From assembly GCA_002104945.1 (NCBI GenBank), contig MCFH01000006.1, forward strand, positions 682,001-746,000: 64,000 nt of DNA. The letters run 5' to 3'. A program made the translations under genes and the position numbers. The notes under the pieces are model-generated. The model saw only the letters and a program-made list of their open reading frames with translations, ran no database searches and had not been told where the DNA came from. This document shows, piece by piece, positions 46,952 to 58,072 of the stretch. Position 1 is the first letter of the stretch. Each line of letters opens with the position of its first letter. This stretch comes from Piromyces finnis finn. Taxonomy: Eukaryota; Fungi; Neocallimastigomycota.

Positions 46952-49630
46952 TTATTTTTCAAAAACTCCTTTATCAGGGAACAAATATTCCATAATTTCA
47001 TGTAATTCTTGGCTAACTCTTGGTTCATTGTAATCATCATTAAAATTAAAAAATAAATAAGGTTCTTTTATAATATCAGAATAAAGTTTAATATTTCTAG
47101 TAGCATCATCAAATATTTGCCCAAATCTCATTGTTTTTTCTCGTAAATGATCTTCCACTATATGAAAGCCGTATTTTAGTATAGTTCTATTTCTATTTAT
47201 GACTTTATTATTATAATCACCTGTTGCTTCTTCATCTAAATCGTGAATATATTTTGAAGAATAAAATTTATCAAATAATTCTTCAAATCCTTTTTTGGAA
47301 GCAGTATATCTTATAAAGGCTTGATTTGCAAAAGGTGGAATAACATCCTCTGGATGTCTAAATTTATGAGTGAGAGTAATATCAATATAATTCTTAAATT
47401 TTTCTCTACTCATTGGGAATAGATCACGATACCAAACGTATGGTGAATGCTCAAGTTGATTTGTCCTAATATATCTTCCATAAAGTGATTTAATAGCACC
47501 ATTTGTCATTGCAAGAGAAGCAACAAACCTTTCACTCATAGTAGTTTGTGAAAAAGATTTTCTACCAACATTTTTAGCATATTGAATATCATTAATAAGA
47601 AAATGAAGTGCTAAAAAAAAATTTGGGAACCTGAAGTGTTGTGCTGCATTTGGGAAAAATATTTCTTTATCTTTTGGTTTATATTCATATCTCTTTTTTT
47701 TAGAATGATTAAGTTCTTCCTCTTCTATTTCTTCTATATTTTCTTCCTTTTCTTTACTTTCAGACACGTTATTATCTTTATTATTATTTTTTATTCTTTC
47801 AATTTCAAAAATTGACTCTGTATTAATTTTTTCATCTTTTTTATCTTCATTAATAGAATTTAGAGTAGCAGAAGTGGCTTTTGTTGTTGTAGTGGTAGTG
47901 GTATTTGTTGATGCTTTATTTTCATTTGAATTATAATATTTATTTATTTCTATCAACGCTTTGGTTATACATCGCGAATGATGCATGTTAATAAACTCAT
48001 ATGGAGCTTTTGACTTTAAGTAAGCAAGTAATTCTTGTATACATGGGGAAAAATCACTAACTAAATGTTTATTGTTCAGATATTTATAATAAGTTAATTT
48101 AGAAGTCATTTTATATTGATCTGAATGTTTATAAAATTTGTAGTAGAAATAAGGAAAACTTTTCTTTAATTCCTGTTCTTTATTAAAATACATTATATAT
48201 TCCTCATCAATATCATAAGATTCACCGCTTCCATAGAAGAAATAAGAAGGATGAACAGGCTGATTAAAGAAATAATCGTCATTTAACTGTATAAATTGTT
48301 CTGTCAAACCTGGAATTCTATCTAAATACCATTCAATAGCAAATGAATTAAATGTTGGGTTAACATCATTACCATTCATATCTTTTTTTGGTAAGATATC
48401 TTCTTGATTAATGATTTTAATTCTATCAAACTCAGTATCTAACCATTCTGGTGTTTGTCCAGGAGTTACAATAAATATTGTACCTTTATGCCATGGTAAA
48501 TATTTGAAAAGAGAACGTAAAGAAAATCTTAATTCATCCACACTCCTATCCCGATTGTCTGCTTTTTTAATTCCACCATTATATTTAGCCTTTTGTTCCA
48601 AATGAATAGGATCTGAACCATTTACCCATGTATACACAATAGATATATCAGCTGCCCATTGCCATTCCGGTTCTAATTCATCATGTCTTACACCATTTTC
48701 AACATCTCTTGAATATTTTAATAAAAATCTTAATTCTCTTTCATCATCGTAACATACCCTTTTATTTTGTTTATCTTGCTCGGAATTTATAGATTGAATA
48801 GCATCAGCATAGAGTTTATTTTTTAAATTTTGATATTCTGTTCTATTACTCATATTATCTAATGAAGGTATTGGAAAGCTACCAAATTTTATATCTTTCC
48901 AAAATATTTTATTTGGATCATAGTATTCTTCTAAAAGTTTTTTTTTAGTTAAATTTTCATAAAATGGTTTCAAACTTCTAAATTCATTGGTATCATCTAC
49001 ACCATTATTAGGTACACTCTTTTCCTTTTGTTTGTTCTTAAGTTTTCCAATAAAATCCTTTTGTTTGTCAAAGAATTTCATTTCTCTATTCCTAAATGAT
49101 TCTTTATTATCTATTAATTTATGATTTAAATGCCCATTCTTTTCATTAAAAATATCTTCAATTCTCCCTACCTTACTTATTCTATTATTTGGAATATTTT
49201 CTTTTTTTTTTTTAATTTCACTTTTATCTATATTTTCAATCTTATCAGTATTTTTATTCTCTATTTTATTTTCAATTTCATCAGCATTTTTATGTTCTTT
49301 TAAACTTTCTAATATTGGTTCAGATTTATAATTATCACTATTATAAATATTTTTATTATCAATTAGCTTATCAATATCTACGTCGGTGTTTGCTATTTCA
49401 AATAATATTTCATCTTCAATTATATCTTTAAACATATATTGAAAGAAAAAAATTTTTTAATATTAGTGTTAAGTAAAAAAATATTATATAGAAACTAATA
49501 GTTTCTATATACGAAATTACATACCTTTTTTTTTTCTAATTTGAGATTGATGATGTGATAATGTTATTAAAAAAACATTTATTAATAATATAATAATAAT
49601 CACAGGTGTAAATTTTATATGTTTAAACAT
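46952..49630 (-). CDS. Stealth-family hexose-1-phosphate transferase with N-terminal signal anchor, 2 exons
   Basis: CR1 IVYTWVNGSDP; CR2 ELRFSLRS...GQTPEWL...PTFNSFAIE...IPGLTEQFIQLNDDYFF; CR3 HSPYVWYR...KFRHPED; CR4 FFNFNDD. Upstream exon 49525-49630 encodes MFKHIKFTPVIIIILLINVFLITLS and joins by a phase-1 GT-AG intron. Confidence 0.9.
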
Positions 49631-50206
49631 TTCTTATTAATACTTTTCAAAAAATATATAAGGTTTTTGAAAAAAATATATCTATAATAAAATTAATACA
49701 TTGATGATTCTTTAAACTAGACAATAAAAAAAAATTAATAAAAAATTGAGAATAAACTCATTTATATTTTATACAATTTTATTATTTTAAAAAAGTATAA
49801 ATAAAATAATTTTAGCAAATGAAAATAAGCTAAAATAAGCTTTTTGATTATGATTCCAAGAAATTAATACTTTAAAAAAAAAATTAAAATCTACAAAATA
49901 ATTTTATATAACTTTTTATTGAAAAAAATGATAATAAAATCAAAATTGAAATTAATTATAATTAATATGAAAATATGAATAAAAAATAAATACATCTTAT
50001 AAAATAATAATAGTATAGATTTATAATATGTAAAAAGAAAAAAGAATCCAGAAAACTAGCATAGCATTATTTCATTTAAAAAAATAAAAAAATACTTATA
50101 TATCATTTATATAAATATATATAAAAATAGGATATGGAATTAAAAGACAAGATCACAGATAAAAATTGTAGTAGTATGATTGTTGTATTACAGCTTTCAT
50201 TATACT

Positions 50207-50550
<344 letters not shown>

Positions 50551-52630
50551 CATCGTCGGCGGATGTTCTTTTAATTATATAATGAAATTGAACTATATAA
50601 TATATAATAAAATATGTAATGAATATTTTAATTAATAAAATAAATTATTTAATAATTATTATTTAAAAAAATTTTTAAATAATAAATTTTTTTTAAAAAG
50701 TTTTTAACCAAAAAAATATGTATTTTATTATAATACAATAAAAAAAAAATAAATAATAATAATAATAAATTAAAACTCGATGAATTTTTAAATTTTATTT
50801 TGATTTAAAAGTCATAAATTTAAATTTCATTCTAGTTACTTAAATTCTAAATAATATAAAATTTATTTTATTAAATAAAATATTATATTATCAACGAAGT
50901 AATAAATAAAAATAATTTTACAAATCAAATCTATTAATTATTTTTTAAAGATTGCCTTGAAATACAAATAATAGTACATATAATAAGGTAATAAATATAT
51001 AATTAAAAATAATAATAATTGTAAATTGTTTTTATACCTTTTCTAAATTTAGATTTGTATTATGGCTAAATAACTTAGAACAATATTATTTTAAAAACAA
51101 AAATTTATATTTATAAAAACATCGCAACTTTAATGTTATGTTATATGAGATAATCTAATATATTTTATAAAAAGTTGAAATAGATATTCAATTTTAAATA
51201 ATTTATTTTTAAATAAAATAATGAAGAAAAATAGTTATAATCAACATTCTATCTTTTTCATATAAAGAATAATTAAATAATATTAATTAAGCAAGTAATT
51301 ATTAAGAAAGAAAATAAAATATATAAAATAAATAAAAAATATATATTGTATTATAAAATTAAAATTGAATATATCAAAGATAAATAATAAAGTAAAACAA
51401 TGAAAAAACAAAATTATTTTAAATAGAAATAATAAATAAATTAATCATAAGAAAATATTCCTTTATCGTATTATCATTCAGTGATTTAATAATACATTAT
51501 AAATTTTTAATAAATTAGATATTTAAATTAACATACAACCAAAAGGCTATGCATTAACACACATTTACATATCAAATTAAATAAATTAGTTAATAGGAAA
51601 GAAATAAAAATTAAAAAAATTAAAACACATAGGTTCATAGGTAACATAATAGCATAACATAATAAATAGATAGCATAGTACTTTTGAAGTTTTTTTTTAA
51701 TCCATTTCAATTTACAAATGTATGTAGTACAAACCAAATAAATAAATAAATTTTATAATAAAAATATAAATACAATTAAATGAATTAAGTAAATTAAATT
51801 AGATATAATCACCAATGATATGATCATTAATAGTTGTACAACTTAAAGTCATTAATATATTACAGAATTTAAGAAAAGAATTTTTAACTACTACAAAAAA
51901 TTTTAAGTATTATTGAATATTATTAAACATAATACGATGATTAGCCAATAAAATGTCAGTATATTATGTATACAATAAATAAGTGTGACTATTAATTCTA
52001 CACATTTTACATTTTAAAAATATTTTCCATTTTACATTACAATTTTATTAAATAGAATAATAAATTATTTAATATATTAAAATATAAATTATAAATATAG
52101 ATTTATAATAGACCTTATGATTTCTTAATTTAATTATATTATAGATGAGTACAAAATAATAGTACAAAATAATAGACAAAGTTATTTTAAGTATTATATA
52201 ATATTGCATATAATACCACCACTATTTCATAACAAAAACTTTTTTTTTAAAAAAAACTGAAAATAATAAATTTTTTTAACTAAATGATAAATATTAATAT
52301 AAATAAATAGATAAAATTCAATAAAAAAAGTAAAAGTAGAAAAAAAGTATATAGATAAAAGCATAAAGTAATATTATTTGAAATGATACAAAATATTTTA
52401 TTTTCAATAAAGCTTTTTATTCATTAACATTAAATATTTCATATTTTAAAGGTGAAGCTGCATAGCAATACTTAAACCAAAAAATCAAAAAAGAAATATC
52501 AAAAACACTTTTTTATTTAGAAATTACTGTTTATATATTTAATATTAAAAAGGTAAGAATATTAAATAGTAACTACTAAATAAATAAGCATTTTATATAT
52601 TGATAATATATTAAATAATTTAATTTAGAA

Positions 52631-54042
52631 ATGTTAAAAATTACACTTTCTTCTGCAATTGTATTATTGCTCTTGTTAATAGAAGTTGCCTTATCACAAG
52701 GGCTTCAAGGTTTCCCAAGAAATGCACAAGATGTTAAATTTTATGATATGGAAAAAATAGGAAATAGCCCAAAAGATGGTACTATATTATAAAATAATAA
52801 AATTTTGTTATTTTTCTTTATATTAATACAAATATATATAGTAAATTTCAGATTTGGTCCAGCAGATGTTCCAAGCATAACAGTAGATATTGTAAAAATT
52901 AAAGACCAAGAATCCAGTAATGCCTATATTACTAATAAATCAAAAATCAACATCAAATGGAATGATCCCAATTCAAATATAAATAATACTTATACTTTAA
53001 AACTTTTGTATAATGTTACCCAAGATTATACAACCACATATTTTTATTCATACAAAGATATAATAATTCAAGAAAATGTGTTAGCAAACGAATTTGAATA
53101 TAGAATACCAAAACTAGAAGAAAATTTTGTATATAATATTGCAGTTATTTCTGATTCAGTTGATAATTTACAAAAAAAACATATTGGAATATCAAAGACA
53201 TATATGTACAGTATGTATCTATAATTTTTATTTATATATTTTATGTTAGATTATTTCATATGGTGGAATAAAAAGATTTATTAATGTAAAAATAATTTTA
53301 ATAAATAGAACATATTGAAAAGGATAATTCAAACCAAACAATAGAAGAAAACCCAAAAAGTGGTATTAGTCCTATAGTCTATGTAATAATTGGTATAGTA
53401 GGATTAGTTATTATTGGTCTTGCCTTTTTATTAAGTAAAAGTTTTGGAAATAAAGATAGAAGCGAAGAAGAAGAAGATATCTACAGTTTGCCAATACAAT
53501 AACCAACATCACCAAATGGAGATTTTTCATATAGAAGAGATTCTGATCATGTTTCTGTTGTTACAGATGATACTGGAGAAGTATCATGGTCAAATTTAGA
53601 AATTGCTCAAACATCACAACAAACAAAAAATGAAGCAAATGATAAAGTCATTAGAACATTAGAAAGAGGTTTTAAGCGCGACGATAAAGACAGAAGTAAG
53701 AATGTATATTTATCTAATGAAAATCAAATATATAAAGTAGTAAGAATGTTTACTCCATCTGAAGAAGATGAAATCAAATTAAACATAGGAGATGAAGTAG
53801 AAATAACAGTTATATTTGAAGATGGTTGGTGTGAAGGTGTTAATAAATCCACAAATGAAGGTGGTGTATTCCCAAGAACATGTTTAGTTGAATTTGAACA
53901 ATATGCTTCTATGATAGAAAAATCAAAGAACTCTTTACTTCCAAGTAGAAGACGTTCAAAACGTAATTCTTATACGAATAGCAGTTGTCAATTCATAAAA
54001 TCATCAGATATATTAAATATTCCAAATGATATTCAAGAATAA
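52631..54042 (+). CDS. Type I membrane protein: signal peptide, beta-rich ectodomain, TM helix, cytoplasmic SH3; interrupted by an in-frame TAA at 53500-53502
   Basis: Exon 1 MLKITLSSAIVLLLLLIEVALS; exon 2 ~52842-53210; exon 3 from ~53309 with TM IVYVIIGIVGLVIIGLAFLL, then SH3 YKVVRMFTPSEEDEIKLNIGDEV...EDGWCEG...GGVFPRTCL in the same frame. Confidence 0.75.
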
Positions 54043-54680
54043 AAAAAAAAACATTAATATATATCATAAAATCATTATTAATAATTTTTGTCAATATTCT
54101 TATTTTATTAAAATTAAATATATAATAATCAGTAACAATGAAACAATATATAAATATAACATTTATAATATTATTAATTATAAAATGTTTAAAATTATAA
54201 AAAAAAAAATAGCCTAAAAAAATATACAATTATTCATAAAAAATAACAAAATAAAGAAATAAAAAATAAAAATATATAAAATATTGTAATAATATAATTA
54301 ATATATAAAAATAAATATATAAAAATAAATAAAAAAGTTTAAAAACAAAATAACAAAAAAATTTAATTAAAATATCTTATTATTAATCTATTTAAATTTT
54401 AATATCAATGTATTACAAAAATATTTTAAACATTAATTATAGCAATAGCTATAATATAAAAATTATGAATAAATATAAATAAAATATAAACTATATTTAT
54501 ATTCTTTAAAGTTGAAATAAATATAAATGTTTAAATTAGTTATTCATAACTTTTCCTGTTATTTTTAAAGGTAAATTTTTTGACCAATCATATTTATTTT
54601 TAATTACTCAATATATATTTAATAGTATCTTTTCTATAAAACATCTATAATTATAATAATATGTAGGAATTTTTAAATTC

Positions 54681-55098
54681 AAGAAAGTTTGGTTAAAAGC
54701 TTGTGTTTAGGGGTAAACAGACTTAATGAATTTAAATAATATTTTATAAAATAATCATAATTCTTTTGTTTTTTAAGCTTATTTATTTAATAAATGAATA
54801 AGCTGTAAAAGAATAAATTTTATTATATATTATTTAAAGGTCATTAAATAATAAAAATTTTTTTTAATTTTTATTTAACCCTTGGGAGGGTCTGAGAAAA
54901 ACCCGCAAAGTGTCCTTGAGGGACTTCGTATTAACAAATTCATAATTTATTATGAATGTATACGAGTGGATCACCAGAAAGCGAAAAATTGGAATAGGAT
55001 CTACGGGTGTAATGCTGGAAGTTCAATACGCAAGACATTTAATAATTTTTTATTATTAAATGAAACTCAATTCAGACTACTCTTTGACCAAATTTCTT
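54681..55098 (+). ncRNA. RPR1: Nuclear RNase P RNA
   Basis: CR-I GGGAGGGTCTGAG (54884-54896) and CR-V AACTCAATTCAGACTACTCT (55064-55083) closely match human H1 RNA (GGGAAGGUCUGAG; AACCCAAUUCAGACUACUCU). CR-IV AAGTTCAAT. Helices: P1 54681-54699/55082-55098, P2 CTTGTGTT/AATACGCAAG, P7 ACCCG/CGGGT, P8 GTCC/GGAC, P10/11 TGGATC/GATCTA, P19 CATTTAATAAT/ATTATTAAATG. Confidence 0.93.
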
Positions 55099-55330
55099 CA
55101 CAAAATTATTTAATTTAAAAATTATATAAGAAAATAAATATTTAATAAATAAATAAAAATTGAAATTATTGTATAAAAATAATTATTGATAACTAAATCA
55201 ATAATTATTGTTTATTATTAAATCAATAATTCTTTTGCAATTATTGATTTAATAATTATATTTAAGTAGTTTTATTACTTATGCAATATAAAATTATTTA
55301 CTTTTTTTTTTTTAAATAATAATGATAATA

Positions 55331-56430
55331 TTATTTAGCAATTGACGATAATTCAAGAGCTTCATTGACATAGTCTGTCTTTTTTATTAATTTTCTAGCG
55401 TCATCATAGTTAACCTTTACAGTACCAAATATTAAAGAAAATTAATTAAAAATAATAATAATAACATTTATATATATTATTTACCCAAACTCTTTCTCTT
55501 TCATCTTTTTCTGGCCATTCTTCGGCAATTTCAGTTACATGCATTTCGTACAATAAGATTTCAGAATGTAAATATTTTTTTTTGTCTTCAGATAATTCAG
55601 ATTTTTCAATATTGGTATGCTTTTTTATTTTTTTATATTGTTTAAATTTACCAAGTAATTTTACAATTTCACCTTTAACACCAGCTTCTTCCCTGCAGTT
55701 TAATATATAATTATATGTTAATGTTTTACTTTAATAAAAAAAATACATAATTTATATATATATATATTCCTAACTATGTTTGGAAAATAAAAATTAAATA
55801 ATAACCATGTTTCTCTCATAGCAGCATTAACGATAGTTTCATCATTCTCCCAGCCACCTTTAGGCTATATTTTTAAATTGTTTTATTTATGAATAAATAA
55901 TATCACACAATATAATTTTATGTAATATTATATTTATTGTTTTCCAACTTACAAAGACCCAACAGTCTTTTCTTTTTCGACTAAAATTGTACATGAATTT
56001 TTGATATTTTTCACACAAAAAAATGTTTTGTAAATAAATGATATAAAAATAACTAATAATTTATTTCGTTTTAGTTTACCTCGATATTAATAAAACTTTA
56101 CCGGTTTTAAGATCAATAGGAACACAGCCAGCAACCTTTTATGGGATATGTTTATATATAAGAATCTTATATAAAGTATTTTTTTTTTCAGAAATATAAA
56201 TTCAAGATTTAATTACTTCTCTAGCGCCTACGTCATTGTATACTTGCTATTTGTTAAATAATAGCATCAATAAAAATAATAATTAATATTATTTAATTAA
56301 TATAAATAAGAATTGTTATCAATTCTTTATAACTTTTAATAGAATAATAAAATGAAATATGCAAAAAATATATATATATATTAATAGTCACTTTTGCTCT
56401 TCCAGATCTAGCTTTTGGTAAATATTCCAT
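55331..56430 (-). CDS. DDP1: Nudix hydrolase, DDP1/Aps1 (diphosphoinositol-polyphosphate and ApnA hydrolase) type, 7 exons
   Basis: ARSGRAKQVYNDVGAREVAGCVP resembles yeast Ddp1 AREGRENQVYS..GARLVAGC. Nudix box GGWENDETIVNAAMRETWEEAGV; C-terminal WPEKDERERVW. Confidence 0.92.
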
Positions 56431-57609
56431 AGGGTTATCAATATTATCGGTCATTATTATTTTATAATAATTATTTGTATATATGAAATTTTATAAATTA
56501 TATTTTTATAATTATTCTTTTAAAAATAAATTGTTACAAAACTCGCAAAAAAAAAAAAGTAAAACAATCTTAATGTCTAAAGTGAATGATTGAAGTAATT
56601 ATCAGATATTCTGAGATATATATAATGAAATATTTGAAATAACCCGATAAAATAAAGTTTTATATATTAAAAGATTCAACCATTAAGCAAAGTAAGATTA
56701 CAATTTTTTATATATAAAAAAAGAAAAAAAAATTAATAACACTTAATTATTTAACATTTACTAATGTTTAAAATGTTTTTTAAAATTTATTATCATATTA
56801 TTAAAATAAATTTAATATTTTTATTTACCTTTTCTCTTGAATCTTTTATTTTAAAATATAAATTTCATTAAATTTCTATTTAATAATTTTTTCAATAATC
56901 TTTAATATTACTTTTTTTTTCTGTATAATTTTTTTTTTTTAAATGAACCTTATTTACCAAATCTAAATTATTAAATAAATTTTAAATGTAATATATTTTA
57001 TTAGTATATTTAATATTATTAATTTCAAAAAAAAAAAAGTAGCAGCATCGGTATTATAATAAATATAAAAAGTAAATAAAATGGCTAGTAATTATATTAA
57101 AAATTATCATATAATATTATTTTCATAATTATATTTTTGTTTATAATCATAGGTAATAGTTGGTTTTACATTTAAAAGTAGTTATATACATAAATAATTA
57201 TCTTTTAAATAAAACAATATAAAAATAAATTTTATAATGTTTTTATAATTACAAAATTATGGATAATATTATATAATCATAATAAACAAATATTAATCTT
57301 TTTCCATAATTAAGAAGATTATAATAATATTTAATAACCAAAGGATGCCTTTATTACTTTAAACAACATACACAAATAATATTTATATTCATTTATTATA
57401 GCATCAAAAAGAGTTCTTTAGTGTTTTTCATTTATATATTTTAAATGTATATTAATCCACTTTATTACAATCTGTATACCCAATCATAGTAAATAAAATA
57501 TTATATATTATTTAGTAAAATTAAAAATTGAACATTTTTAATTATTACAACTTTATTATTTTTTAAATTTTAATATAGTTTTAAAAACAGTATTTTTAAT
57601 TATTTAAAA

Positions 57610-57648
<39 letters not shown>

Positions 57649-58072
57649 ATAATAATAATCATTTTAAAATTAATAAACAAAATTGAAGAATAAATAAATA
57701 ACATATTTATTGTGGGAAATATCCATGAAAACATAAATAATAGAAAGCAATAAAAAGAAGAAGATAAAATTTTTAATTTCTTTTCTTTCATTAATTTAAA
57801 AAAGGAACGAAAGAAAGGAAGAATTATATACTTTCAAAATATATGTTATATTATTAGTTACATAAATTCATTAATCGCTAATAAAACTTTTTAAAACTTT
57901 TTTTTTTAAAAAAAAAAATAAAATAAAATAAAAGGTGTTACTAAATTTTTTTCAATATTAAAATGAAAATATAGAATATATAATTCAAATAGAACTTCAA
58001 AATTTTATTATAAAAGTATTTTATTTATTACTTTGTTTTATTTTATTTGTATTATTGTATTTGAAAAAAAAA

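Noticed and set aside
53500-53502. Genome-wide reassignment of TAA to a sense codon
   Set aside because: TAA ends many conserved genes at the expected position (BABAM2, ORM1, DDP1, NAA38), and long exons elsewhere lack internal TAA.
54882-55118. 78-aa ORF starting at TTG
   Set aside because: It lies inside the RNase P RNA; the elevated GC is explained by RNA structure.
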